IMG/VR virus record: IMGVR_UViG_3300022225_001767
Length of the DNA stretch: 64,000 nt
Direction: 5' to 3' (one strand)
DNA from: a virus
Of the stretch, positions 19,993-30,451 are shown piece after piece (position 1 is the stretch's first letter; every line of letters starts with the position of its first letter). A program made the translations under genes and the position numbers. Below the pieces are notes generated by a model. It made no database searches. It saw only the letters and a list, made by a program, of their open reading frames with translations, and was not told where the DNA came from.

Positions 19993-20095
19993 GCGCCTGT
20001 TAAATTTGATTATTTTCAATTTAATGAGAAAAACATTGACAACGCACGCATAATTTGAGATGCTCACCTGGTCAACACAACAACGGAGAATGACA

Positions 20096-20281
20096 ATGTC
20101 AGAAAAGAAAATTCAATTAGTTCGCGAGGTCGCGAGCGAAGCAGGCAAGCTTAAACGTAAAATCATCAATGCGCTTGATGAGTCTAACCCAAAATCGTAC
20201 GAAGTGTCTCAGGCAGTCTCACAGCTTATGGCTGATCTTAATGAGCTTGTGCAAAGCGCCCCTGTATCCGACAACGGTTAA
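20096..20281 (+). CDS. Small helical hypothetical protein
   Basis: After repeat 20036. Confidence 0.75.
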   Translation: MSEKKIQLVREVASEAGKLKRKIINALDESNPKSYEVSQAVSQLMADLNELVQSAPVSDNG

Positions 20282-20332
20282 CTGCGCCTGTGCGCCCATT
20301 GTGGCGCACACCCATGTAAAGGAATTCATAAC

Positions 20333-20923
20333 ATGAATAACGCTGTTCCACTATCTGAAGAATACCTTGATGCGCTACGCTCTGGCATCAATGGCAAAAG
20401 CACTGCGTTTGTTTCGTTGTTACTGGTCGCGTTTGACGAGCTGTGCGATGCAGAAACCCTTGAGGCGAATATCGCCGCCATACTTGAAGCCAATGCGGGT
20501 GGTGCCGCGGATGTTAATGCCGTTATCCCCATGGCGGTTCAGTTCCGCACCTGCGCTCGCTCATTTGCTGCCCTACCACCTGAGTACAGTCAGGCTGAGC
20601 TAGAGGACGCGAATGCGTTACTTAAAACCCTGGGTTACACTATTGATTTAGTCACGATATACGCCAACGTCATAAGCCGCATTCATTTTGCTAAAGAGGG
20701 CGTGGTGCTACGCGACTTAGTCAACAACGGTGACACGCCAGAGGATTTGATTGCGCCTTACCCTGACGAAGCCCCTGAAGGCAAGGTGAGAGAAACGTGG
20801 CTGGCACGGGTCAAAGAAGTGGGTCGCGACGACATTGTGGCATGGCATGACGATGTGATGGCTCGCCATGATGATGGGGATGCGATCATTACCATGATAC
20901 TGACGCAATCAGAATGGGAATGA
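20333..20923 (+). CDS. Hypothetical protein
   Basis: AAGGA RBS. Confidence 0.8.
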   Translation: MNNAVPLSEEYLDALRSGINGKSTAFVSLLLVAFDELCDAETLEANIAAILEANAGGAADVNAVIPMAVQFRTCARSFAALPPEYSQAELEDANALLKTLGYTIDLVTIYANVISRIHFAKEGVVLRDLVNNGDTPEDLIAPYPDEAPEGKVRETWLARVKEVGRDDIVAWHDDVMARHDDGDAIITMILTQSEWE

Positions 20924-21089
20924 CACGTTGTGACAACATCCATTTGAAAGGCGCACTGCGCCTTTTTTTGCTTCCCCCTCTGGCGGTTTCGTCGTTTAAT
21001 AATCAACCACTGTGCACAAAATTATTGACAACGCTCTCAGTTTTTGCGACACTTATCCTGTCAACACAACAACAGAGAGAAGCCTCACT

Positions 21090-21434
21090 ATGAGCAACGA
21101 ACAATCACCATCGACTTCAGAGCTTGAGTCCACCGTGTTAGACTCGCTAGCGAACCATCAGCCTGACACCACACTCGTGAAAACACTCGTGGGTGAGTCT
21201 ATGGGAGAGCGCAATGTCTCTGAGGACGCGGACGCCGATGAGCTTCTTTCGGCATATGAAAATTGGGCGCATGCCGTAGGCGAACTTAAACTCGCTGAAG
21301 ACACCTACTACAACGCTGACATGGAGAGCGAGGAAGCGGAGGAGGCAGAGCAAGAAAAAAATGCGGCTGAAAGCGAAGCGTCTAGCTATGCCAATGACGT
21401 CAAACGCGCACTGCGCACCTACCTTGGCAGCTAA
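21090..21434 (+). CDS. Very acidic helical protein, possible paralog of 18398
   Basis: After repeat 21025. Confidence 0.85.
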   Translation: MSNEQSPSTSELESTVLDSLANHQPDTTLVKTLVGESMGERNVSEDADADELLSAYENWAHAVGELKLAEDTYYNADMESEEAEEAEQEKNAAESEASSYANDVKRALRTYLGS

Positions 21435-21548
21435 CGTCAATCGCTATTTCTGACATTGGCCTTGCGTGTGCGAGGTCAAACCCATTGACAACGCTCTCAG
21501 CATCTGAGATACTAACCTTGTCAACACAACAACACAGAGAGCGCGCTC

Positions 21549-22052
21549 ATGAAAAAGAATGTATCACCACGATTTGAACTGCCACCGGCGATTAAAAATC
21601 TTGCTGCTCAGTTAGACAAAGATAAGATAAGCTACCGCAGCGAAAATCGACTTAAAATGTCGTCGCTTTTATCTTTCTTGGATATCAGCTTCACAACACC
21701 TGAAAGTTTTCTAGGCAAAGGGAATGGATGGTCGTGTTATTATAATGCCGAGTACGGGATTCAGATTGACGGCGCTTTCCCTCTTGGTGCAGGTGGCGTA
21801 GAATACCTCAGCAAAATCCAAGTAGAAGGCGCAAGGTTGAATAGTGTCTACAATGACTACGTGACTATCTTCTCGCTGTGGGATTTTCTTAATGAAGAAG
21901 GCCGTGCGTATGCGTTGAGTGTGTATGCTGAGGATATTCAGAAACTCAAAGAAGAAAAGACCGCTGAAGTCAACGCCGCTCAAAAGGCGCTTGATGATAT
22001 CGTCAACGCAGAACAGGCGCTCTCTCAGTCGCTGTGTAGCAAGGCGTCATAA
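21549..22052 (+). CDS. Hypothetical protein with C-terminal coiled coil
   Basis: After repeat 21485. Confidence 0.8.
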   Translation: MKKNVSPRFELPPAIKNLAAQLDKDKISYRSENRLKMSSLLSFLDISFTTPESFLGKGNGWSCYYNAEYGIQIDGAFPLGAGGVEYLSKIQVEGARLNSVYNDYVTIFSLWDFLNEEGRAYALSVYAEDIQKLKEEKTAEVNAAQKALDDIVNAEQALSQSLCSKAS

Positions 22053-22159
22053 TGTAACGGTATGCGCTTTACGAGAGTAAGGCGCAATACGCACTTAATC
22101 TTGACAACACTCTCAGTTTTTGAGATACTCATCCTGTCAACGAAACAGGAGTTTACATC

Positions 22160-22438
22160 GTGTTTAACCCTAACGATAACCCCATTTTCTACAGCAACAT
22201 GACAGATGATGAGGTGCGAGATGATGATGCAGAGTATGAGGCGATGATGCAGGGGGCTGAACCAACTTCATTGCCTATAGAAACACCTATCATCGACACG
22301 AGCGAACTTACGCCATTTGACCCAAATAATGGCCTTATTTTTACGAGCGAGGCCAGCGAAGACGAACTTTATGCTGACTTCGCGTTGGACTGCGCAACGT
22401 ATGACGCAGCATCAAACAGCGAACATGGAGACCAATAA
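22160..22438 (+). CDS. Very acidic protein with duplicated F(N/D)PN..IF motif
   Basis: After repeat 22101; GTG start, AGGAG RBS. Confidence 0.8.
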   Translation: MFNPNDNPIFYSNMTDDEVRDDDAEYEAMMQGAEPTSLPIETPIIDTSELTPFDPNNGLIFTSEASEDELYADFALDCATYDAASNSEHGDQ

Positions 22439-22439
22439 C

Positions 22440-22607
22440 ATGCGTACAAGCTTTGTAGCAACACAAAAAAACGGCGAAACCTTACGTGGCATAGCGCATA
22501 ACCTTGCTGACTTCCTAACTCAGATAAACAAAGAGCATGGCGTGACCGCGGAGGATATCACCAATATCTCAACATCAAAAGCACCTGCGCCATTGTCGTT
22601 ATCATAA
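22440..22607 (+). CDS. Small hypothetical protein
   Basis: GGAG RBS. Confidence 0.65.
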   Translation: MRTSFVATQKNGETLRGIAHNLADFLTQINKEHGVTAEDITNISTSKAPAPLSLS

Positions 22608-22665
22608 AACGTTACCTGCATGCCTCTATCACAAGAGTCATGCAGCGCTTTCAGGGAAATAGCGC

Positions 22666-23100
22666 ATGACAACAGACATTGCACCAAACATCAGTAAGGC
22701 ATACCTTTTATCCCAGGGTTACAAAAACGGCGCTTTTGCTTATGCAATAGAGGTGCTTCAGTGTCGCATTCAGTGCAGCCCACCCGCGCCTCTTTGGCTT
22801 TCATCGGTAGGTCGCGCAACATGGAACAGTGACGAGTTTTGCTTTCGCGGCGAACTTTGCCCGAGGCAGGCTATATTTACGCCTTCACTGGCGGAACACC
22901 CGTTTATTATCCCTCCCCATCCTTGCAACGGACGCTATCGCACAAGACTCTTTGTTAATGATCTGCATCTTCCTGAGTCCAAATTGTATATTCAACAGGG
23001 TATTGAGCGCGCGCTTACTGAAAAGGCGCGGATGCATCGTCGCGTAGCACCAACACGGTATCCACCGCGAAAAGACAACCTTGTTATCGAACTTTACTGA
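22666..23100 (+). CDS. Hypothetical protein
   Basis: AGGGA RBS. Confidence 0.7.
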   Translation: MTTDIAPNISKAYLLSQGYKNGAFAYAIEVLQCRIQCSPPAPLWLSSVGRATWNSDEFCFRGELCPRQAIFTPSLAEHPFIIPPHPCNGRYRTRLFVNDLHLPESKLYIQQGIERALTEKARMHRRVAPTRYPPRKDNLVIELY

Positions 23101-23340
23101 CTTGGCACACAGCTCACTAGACACTCTCTCTTGTTAACACCATAACTTTTAGTGCAGCGGGGCTCACATGACTCGTTCGCACAGCAAGTGGTGCAACAAT
23201 CATCTCGTTTTCCTAAACCCATCAAGAAAACCCAGATATTCGCGCGAAGAATGTTTATGGGTGGCTCACAACTGGGCGCTCTGACCTGACAGGCAACAAC
23301 AGACCACCAGCGGCAGTCTGCTGTTAGGTCTTAGAACCCC

Positions 23341-25512
23341 CTATTCATTCTCTTGTGGCAAGGCCGCTTGCTCACGTGCCGCCTCACACGCGTCTTTAAT
23401 GGCGTTAAACACCTCGTACGCCACGCTATTAAGCTCTGGCGGTGTGTCACTATTGGAAAACCCTTTAGCTTGCGCCAATCGTCCCGAACTGCGTTCAAAT
23501 TGATAGGTGAACGTTTCATCAGACCTATTACCTGTAGACAGGGCGAAAATCACCGCTGAGCCATCCGTACAACGGTCAGCATAGTAGCGTGTGCCTACAC
23601 AGTGATGTTGAGCACGACCTAATGCACGGAGGGCTTTTGTGTCCTCCGGCAGTGTTAGTGTGACGTGTGACGGGAGGCTTTCAGTGATAGTGTCAAGCTG
23701 CGCAATAGCATCGGCCTGATAGAAACGCGCATTGACGGTACTGATTGAGAAGTCACGTTGCTGCTTGTTGCTTAAGTAGCTATGAAATGCTTCACCGTAG
23801 TCTTTCTTAGACGCAAGCCATTTACGCACCAACGCACACTGTTTGGCGCTTTCATCAGGGCAATCTCGTGCAATGAGCGTTGCTAACATACGAAACACAT
23901 CTCGCGCTTCGGTAATGGCGTTATCCATCACAACGGCTACCATTTCATCGTGTGACAAAAAAGCCAAACAGGTGCGTAGTGACGGCGCATCAATGGCAAG
24001 CCCTGCGCGCTTCTGCGCCTGTTTACCTGTGCCTAATGCACTATTAATCTGCGCAAGAAACTGAATGTATCCGTGACGGTCGAGTTTGCCACGTGAATTG
24101 GTAAACACGCTCTGCAATGCGCTTAGTGCGGTCAAGGACTCCGCCTCTTGACTGTCGAACAAGAACTGCACCTCTTGAGGGTGTTTTGAACCAATGAGCA
24201 TTTTGGTCATCGCCTTGGGCGAATTAACACTCTTGAAGTCAAACAGATCATACCCGTAATCATTATGCAAGATGAGGTAGTTCTTTAATGACGTAAGCAA
24301 CGCGAACGCGGGGCTTTCATTGAAGAGTGTTTTATCATAATCCTTATTAGAACTCATAATGCTCTCACGTACACGGTAGAGACACTTAAACGTGCTGTCT
24401 GAGACATTGGGGTGCATCGCGACACGCATTTGGATAGTGTGATCGGGGTCGTACGCCAGCATATCCAAGATGCCCGACGGGACATTACCACTGCTTAGCA
24501 GCTTGCGTACTAATAAGGAGTCAACAGGCTCGCGCTCGATGAATTGTGAAACGACCTCCGGTGACAATGTATCTACGCGGTCAAGAATGGCGTAGCACAA
24601 CGCGTCACAGCTGCCCTGGTATTCCAACAGCATCGCTTCCGCTTGCGCATCTGAGAAATTAAGCCGGTGAAAACCTTCATCAATACCGTATTGAGAGGCG
24701 TCGCACTTAACCAGCTCAATAAAATCGGATTGCTTCATGTCAGCGTTTTTAAATGCGGCGTCGTACACATCCGATACATACCTTGCTCGACAGTCTGTAT
24801 TGGCATTGTTTTGCACATACGCTAAAACTTCGCGAAATTGCTCCATCGTATGTTCGTGATTATCTAGCAACGCAATGCGTATCCGGCATGTGCTATTAGG
24901 CTCTATTTCCAGCGCTAACAGGCGATTAAACAACGAACGTGAACATGCGGCGTTTTCAGCCACTTTGATGTATATGTTGGTATGGAGCGTCTTATCTTCA
25001 ACGCGTGGAACAGCAGCAACGATATCGCTCAATACAGCATCACATGACGCAGCTTGCCCCATTTCAGCAAGCAGCGATGCATTATTCATTGCAATAATAG
25101 CATCAGCACGTTCCCACGGGAATGCGCGATGATTGACTATGTTCTGCGCCATGAAACTTACATTTCCGTCAGAATACTCACCATCAATAACGCGATTGAG
25201 AAGACGGTTATACAGTGCCTCTGGCACTCGCTCGCTGTACAGTGAAAGCACATCCAGCGCAGGATTAAGCGCCAGCAATTCGCTGACCTCATTGTCGCTA
25301 AATGCGGGGTGATTGAGCATCTGTGCCATACTCTCAATACTTTTAGCATTGGCGTAGTACCCCGCCACAAATCTCGGTGTCTCGCTTTCTAATACATCCC
25401 GCATGATACACTTGGGGAAATTAGGTGCACTCAGTGCGACCTGCATCTTTCGCGAGCAGCAGCTATTAAACATTTTTTTTAGTTGCGATGGACTGTAATA
25501 ACGGTGAGTCAT
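23341..25512 (-). CDS. Large helical-repeat protein with PcfJ-like C-terminal domain
   Basis: 723 aa; NP-containing LRV/HEAT-like repeats; LRALGRAQHHCVGT.YY...IFAL...QAKGFSN. Confidence 0.75.
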   Translation of the reverse strand: MTHRYYSPSQLKKMFNSCCSRKMQVALSAPNFPKCIMRDVLESETPRFVAGYYANAKSIESMAQMLNHPAFSDNEVSELLALNPALDVLSLYSERVPEALYNRLLNRVIDGEYSDGNVSFMAQNIVNHRAFPWERADAIIAMNNASLLAEMGQAASCDAVLSDIVAAVPRVEDKTLHTNIYIKVAENAACSRSLFNRLLALEIEPNSTCRIRIALLDNHEHTMEQFREVLAYVQNNANTDCRARYVSDVYDAAFKNADMKQSDFIELVKCDASQYGIDEGFHRLNFSDAQAEAMLLEYQGSCDALCYAILDRVDTLSPEVVSQFIEREPVDSLLVRKLLSSGNVPSGILDMLAYDPDHTIQMRVAMHPNVSDSTFKCLYRVRESIMSSNKDYDKTLFNESPAFALLTSLKNYLILHNDYGYDLFDFKSVNSPKAMTKMLIGSKHPQEVQFLFDSQEAESLTALSALQSVFTNSRGKLDRHGYIQFLAQINSALGTGKQAQKRAGLAIDAPSLRTCLAFLSHDEMVAVVMDNAITEARDVFRMLATLIARDCPDESAKQCALVRKWLASKKDYGEAFHSYLSNKQQRDFSISTVNARFYQADAIAQLDTITESLPSHVTLTLPEDTKALRALGRAQHHCVGTRYYADRCTDGSAVIFALSTGNRSDETFTYQFERSSGRLAQAKGFSNSDTPPELNSVAYEVFNAIKDACEAAREQAALPQENE

Positions 25513-25524
25513 TATGTAAACCCT

Positions 25525-25574
25525 GTGTGTTGACGATTTATGCCAATTATATCTAAATAAAGCCGTTAAATCAA
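25525..25574 (-). promoter_or_regulatory. Minus-strand variant copy of the promoter repeat
   Basis: TTGATT-N17-TATAAT-N11-GTCAACACAC upstream of ATG 25512; divergent from the copy at 25625. Confidence 0.75.
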
Positions 25575-25684
25575 CATAAAAGTGCGAGCGTTGCCCTCGC
25601 TATGATGCCGCAAAACCAAAACAATTGACTTCACTCACAGGCTGTGAGACACTTCTTTTTGTCAACACAACACAGGAATACATT

Positions 25685-26203
25685 ATGACAATTGTACTGC
25701 AAACAGCACTCGCACCGACGCAAATGGTTCAGCACGTTGAAAACTTATTTGCTGCAATTGAACGCCACTATATGGTTGAGCACAGCGAACGCAGCGCCAG
25801 CTACGGGCTGTCTATTCAGTTCGGACGTAACCCCATCAAAGAAAACAGCTTAAAGTTTGTACCTAAAGATGACAGTGGCTATATGGAACTGTACATTTAC
25901 AACATCAGTGATACGCTAGCTAAGAAGCTAACCGGAAAAAGTGCGGTTGAACTTGGTGAAGAGGCAAAACGCCGTCGAGAAGAGGGGAACGCACGGATCA
26001 GCGAGGCATACGCCGAGCCCGTTGCCTCATTTTTTGGTACTAGTGGCGTCAATCTTGATGTTAATACCTACATGGGCTCAACCGTTAATGTGCACTACAC
26101 CTTCCACACGATAGATGAAAACACCCTATCTGTGATCAGCACATTACTACAGCACTGCGGCATGACGCCAAAAGCACCGAGCATTATGGCCTACGCCCTG
26201 TAA
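25685..26203 (+). CDS. Hypothetical protein
   Basis: After repeat 25625. Confidence 0.85.
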   Translation: MTIVLQTALAPTQMVQHVENLFAAIERHYMVEHSERSASYGLSIQFGRNPIKENSLKFVPKDDSGYMELYIYNISDTLAKKLTGKSAVELGEEAKRRREEGNARISEAYAEPVASFFGTSGVNLDVNTYMGSTVNVHYTFHTIDENTLSVISTLLQHCGMTPKAPSIMAYAL

Positions 26204-26303
26204 TGGCTAAGAGCGCGGACGTTTGGGTTCGCGCTAAAAACCAACTTGACAACACTCTCAGATTTTGAGATACTTGTTTTGTCAACACAACGCAGGAATT
26301 TTT

Positions 26304-26546
26304 ATGTCGCCGACCGCTCTTTTGCTTATCACGCTGGCTTCTATTTTCGTCTTTTACTTATGGCCGATAATTGTTTACCCGTTCCAGCTACGCCCCTATA
26401 CAATCAAAAACAGTTGTGACCGCGACTGTGGCATTATCTGGCTCACGCAAAAAGAGTGCACAGCCATCACCACCGACATTGATAACGCCACGCTTCACCG
26501 CGCGCCATTTAGACCTGCGCTTCTGGACTTGCTGAAGAGAAATTAG
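26304..26546 (+). CDS. Small membrane-anchored protein
   Basis: After repeat 26246. Confidence 0.75.
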   Translation: MSPTALLLITLASIFVFYLWPIIVYPFQLRPYTIKNSCDRDCGIIWLTQKECTAITTDIDNATLHRAPFRPALLDLLKRN

Positions 26547-26566
26547 CCTGCTTACTGGGATTAACT

Positions 26567-27079
26567 ATGCAAAAAATAACACTCACCTTGTCTGCGTTTG
26601 ATATTCAAAACATCGGCGCTGACGTAAGAAAATTACACGTCTTAACCCAAGATGACACCGATCAAAAGGAACTGTATAAACGCGTCGAGTCACTGACTGC
26701 GTTCAGACAGTTTGTGCGCGATAAGTTGGTGCGGTTAGATAAAATTGACGCCCTCGATAGTGGGAAACTGCCCAAGAATCTCGCGGCTTGCTTTTACAAG
26801 GCTGAAGGTGAACGTAACGGGCTTAAGCACCAAGCCAATCAGCTTAAAAAACGCGTCGCTCAAGAGGGCGCTTATTACTTCAATCTTTACGTCGAAGAGG
26901 TGCTCTTCAAAGTCTATGACGCCTGCGTCGGTGATGACTTTTACACCCACCCTCACGGGTATGAGGCTTACCAGATTGCCTGCAAAGAGATTGCTGAACG
27001 CTATCCTGAGTATTACAGCACCGTTATCGCTGTCATTAGTGTTGCATTGGGTGCATCGCAATCACACAAAAAAGATTGA
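26567..27079 (+). CDS. Hypothetical protein
   Basis: 170 aa; stop codon overlaps the next -35. Confidence 0.8.
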   Translation: MQKITLTLSAFDIQNIGADVRKLHVLTQDDTDQKELYKRVESLTAFRQFVRDKLVRLDKIDALDSGKLPKNLAACFYKAEGERNGLKHQANQLKKRVAQEGAYYFNLYVEEVLFKVYDACVGDDFYTHPHGYEAYQIACKEIAERYPEYYSTVIAVISVALGASQSHKKD

Positions 27080-27135
27080 CAATACACACAGTTTTTGAGA
27101 TGCTGGTCATGTCAACACAGCAATGAGGAAAACAC

Positions 27136-27405
27136 ATGGCCTTCATCAAAACCGTAAACCTTTGGGATCCCGCTATCGCCCGCCAAATCGAGGATGGCAC
27201 GCTTGTCCTTCAAACAGGCCAATGGGTAACGTGCGGGAGTGATGGCATGAAAAGCCGCTTTGTCGGGTTTGACGCGAAGCGGAAAACCTACGATGTCGTG
27301 CACGGCGCCACCATTGAGGAAGTTAACCGACGCTTTGCTGAACGCATCAAGTTTCGTCGATTAGCACACAAACGCCACCACGACATGCGTGCGCTTGCAG
27401 CATAA
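27136..27405 (+). CDS. Hypothetical protein
   Basis: After repeat 27076. Confidence 0.8.
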   Translation: MAFIKTVNLWDPAIARQIEDGTLVLQTGQWVTCGSDGMKSRFVGFDAKRKTYDVVHGATIEEVNRRFAERIKFRRLAHKRHHDMRALAA

Positions 27406-27460
27406 CGCGCTAGCGGGCCTGTAGGCTCGCTTCCACCACCACGTTTTACCAAGGATCATC

Positions 27461-28375
27461 ATGAACAATACAAACACAGGTCACATTGAACTAACGACTG
27501 AATGCGGCACCCCGCTTCGCGCTATCGTCATCGACAGCGGCACGCCTGACGTTCCATCGACCATCCAATTTTTCGATGCTGACGCCTCATCAGTGAAGCC
27601 GGTTTCAGAAATCTCCCAGACCCTGTTTACCATCTCTTTTGAAAAAGGGTTGTACAAGGAACGCTTTGTGTTGCCTGACGCACCTCAATCCACCAGCCTT
27701 AACTTTGATCAAGCAGGTAAACTTTACGCTTGGCTTGATAAAGGCCGGGACACGCTGTCTCCTTTCATTGAGCAGCCTTTATTGGGCGAAAAACAGCGTC
27801 GTAAATTGCTTTCCATGCTTATTTCGCTTGCTGCAAAAATCAACACCATGCCGGATAAAAGCTATAACGTAGACGTGGTCAAAGTGCGCTATATACCGCT
27901 ACTCATTTTGCAGATCACGCAAGGGCAAAAGCCTTCTTTGGCCGCTATCATTGCCATTGAAAATTTAATCAACCCAGAAGGTGACGCAGAAATGTGGTCG
28001 ACCGACATGCTGGCCTTTCTAAAGGAAGCAGGGTTGCAGGATGTTCTCAAAATCGTTGTGTCTACCATGAAGCAGGCGAGTGAAAGGGAGAGCGTCGCTT
28101 GGATCACTAAAGCAATACAGGGGGGCTCGCCACTCACACGCTATGTATGGTCAGACTTCAACCCTTTCATCTTCGCCGAGCAGTATTATCGAATCTGCCC
28201 TGCAAGCATGCAAAAACGCTTGCTGTGCGCTGATCCTCATATTTTTGAGGTAATGTTACACAACGGCGAAATTGACGTGCAAACGCTCTCTTACGACGAC
28301 TTGATGTTGTTTTTGTCATTGGTAGATGATCCTGCCGAAATCGCAGCAAAACTTAACGATGTCACCACTGGGTGA
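27461..28375 (+). CDS. Two-domain hypothetical protein
   Basis: C-terminal part paralogous to 46493..47140. Confidence 0.85.
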   Translation: MNNTNTGHIELTTECGTPLRAIVIDSGTPDVPSTIQFFDADASSVKPVSEISQTLFTISFEKGLYKERFVLPDAPQSTSLNFDQAGKLYAWLDKGRDTLSPFIEQPLLGEKQRRKLLSMLISLAAKINTMPDKSYNVDVVKVRYIPLLILQITQGQKPSLAAIIAIENLINPEGDAEMWSTDMLAFLKEAGLQDVLKIVVSTMKQASERESVAWITKAIQGGSPLTRYVWSDFNPFIFAEQYYRICPASMQKRLLCADPHIFEVMLHNGEIDVQTLSYDDLMLFLSLVDDPAEIAAKLNDVTTG

Positions 28376-28437
28376 CATCGGCCTTGACAACCCTCACTTA
28401 TTTACACTTATCCTGTCAACACAACGCTGAGGAAGCC

Positions 28438-28800
28438 ATGTCAGAATTAATGCACCGTCAAATAACACGCGCCGCCACATCACTCGGCTGGTCAGCATCA
28501 GAAGCAAACCTTGATGTTTTTGCCACTAAGCGCACCGGCGGCATACCAGGCGCACAAGAGGCTCGCCTATTGTTAGGTTATGAAGGGCGTCGCGTCCGCT
28601 TAACCGGCGAGTGTATTATCGATGGTGTCAATGTGCTATCACACCTCACAGGCTATGTGCCTACCAACGCGAGCGTTACGGACATTAACTTGGCCGTCAG
28701 TGGCTTTATAGGGGTGGTGCACGCGACGCTTGATGATGTCAAAATGTCTCGTATACATCACGCGAAACTTATATCGCGCCACGGCCTTGCTTTTCACTAA
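28438..28800 (+). CDS. Hypothetical protein
   Basis: After short-spacer repeat 28384. Confidence 0.8.
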   Translation: MSELMHRQITRAATSLGWSASEANLDVFATKRTGGIPGAQEARLLLGYEGRRVRLTGECIIDGVNVLSHLTGYVPTNASVTDINLAVSGFIGVVHATLDDVKMSRIHHAKLISRHGLAFH

Positions 28801-28820
28801 TCACGCATTGGATATTACCT

Positions 28821-28994
28821 ATGTCACAAAAACAAACCGAATTCGCCCTTTGTGTTCGTCAAAAACAGTTTGTCATCACACGTAATGGTCACACCATGTT
28901 CTTAGAGGATGTGCTAAAGGAAATTCATGCGCTACAGCGTGAAAACGCAGAACTTCGCCACCAGCTTGCATTACGCACAAAAGAAAGCGGCTAA
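28821..28994 (+). CDS. Small coiled-coil protein (57 aa)
   Basis: Own translation MSQKQTEFALCVRQKQF... Confidence 0.55.
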   Translation: MSQKQTEFALCVRQKQFVITRNGHTMFLEDVLKEIHALQRENAELRHQLALRTKESG

Positions 28995-29269
28995 CTACTT
29001 TTTGCGTTAATATCACAACGTGAGTTCAGGTATTGATATGGAGAAAACAATGGCTACATCTGGCTTTGAAAGCGCGATAGATGAACATATCGAGCGCCAC
29101 ATAAATCCTGATGAATCATCGCCTGAAAAGGCAGGGGAAGACGGTGAGAACGTGGTTGATAGCATCGACAGTGAAACAGCGTAGCTGCGCGTAATATTGA
29201 GCCGCACCCATTGACAACCCACACTGATTGTGAGACACTACATGCAGTCAACACAACAGAGTCAATGCA

Positions 29270-29740
29270 ATGAACAAACAACGCATCACCCCTTTTGCAA
29301 TCACAGCGCCTGTTTTTCAAAAAGGTAACACTTTTACGCAAATTAAAACAAGCGCCCGTCTTCTACCTTCTTGCATTACCTCTGAAGAACATGCCAACAT
29401 CAATGTAAAACCCAGCTTCAGCCGATGCGCTTATCGTATCACCCAACCCGCATTAAGCGATGCACCTTCTCGATTGCGCGCGGTGCCGACGAGTCGTTTA
29501 AAATCGCAATCTGTCTGTTTTGACCATGATGACTTTGGTTGTATAACGATAACCCGTCACAACATCGACTTTTACTGTATTTCTGTCATCGTACCCGACG
29601 ACATAGAAAGTAAGGCGGTGGCAGATATGGAACAGGCGCTTGTGAGCATCTATTATGATACACTAAACAAACTTGTTGGCGAGTGTCGTGACATGTTGTC
29701 GCTTATGACTGCGCACATCGAAGCAGCAACAAGCCGTTAA
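29270..29740 (+). CDS. Hypothetical protein
   Basis: After repeat 29211. Confidence 0.8.
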   Translation: MNKQRITPFAITAPVFQKGNTFTQIKTSARLLPSCITSEEHANINVKPSFSRCAYRITQPALSDAPSRLRAVPTSRLKSQSVCFDHDDFGCITITRHNIDFYCISVIVPDDIESKAVADMEQALVSIYYDTLNKLVGECRDMLSLMTAHIEAATSR

Positions 29741-29766
29741 GCTTAATTAAAACAAGGAGTACGCTT

Positions 29767-30378
29767 ATGTACATCACTGCTATGGCTTCAGCGCTAAACT
29801 ATGCTGATGCGCTACTTGCTACCATCGAATCTCACCTTGCTCAGAAAGGCGACAAGTCTGACAATGACAATGATATTGACATCGAGACGCCACCCACATC
29901 ATTCCTAATGAGCGTTGACATCAAATTGGCGGCATTAACGCTAGAGGCAAAATCCGCTCATCTTGCATGGCAAGCCCAGTCTATCCTTTTGCAAAGTGCC
30001 CGAGATAATCATGCCTCCCCGCACCTCATTGCTACTGAGAAAGAGAAACTCGATGTTGCATTGGCTAATGCGCACAACGCGTTGAAATCCCTTCGTGAAC
30101 ACCTCAACACGTGCCACATTAAACCCAAGAAAACATTACCTCACCATATGGAGTTTCGGGCTGGCGGCGAACGCTTTGTTGCCTCACTAACGACAGAGCA
30201 CTCAGTTGATTTCAGTCTCTCTTACGAAGGCAAAAGGCAAATGCGCTGTTCCCTGCCAAGCCTCCGCTTTGCACTAGATAAATGCGAACTAAGGGGCAGT
30301 GGTGGAAACGTATTCAGCCTACCTGAAAAAACGCAAAGTCTGATCATGGATTGGGTTGCGGCCATCGTGGACAGTTGA
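29767..30378 (+). CDS. Hypothetical protein
   Basis: AAGGAG RBS; layout similar to 30452. Confidence 0.8.
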   Translation: MYITAMASALNYADALLATIESHLAQKGDKSDNDNDIDIETPPTSFLMSVDIKLAALTLEAKSAHLAWQAQSILLQSARDNHASPHLIATEKEKLDVALANAHNALKSLREHLNTCHIKPKKTLPHHMEFRAGGERFVASLTTEHSVDFSLSYEGKRQMRCSLPSLRFALDKCELRGSGGNVFSLPEKTQSLIMDWVAAIVDS

Positions 30379-30451
30379 CACGTTCCCTGTTGACTTTTCA
30401 CACTACTCTTGAGATAATTTAACCGTCAACACAACTCGGAGTTAATCCATT

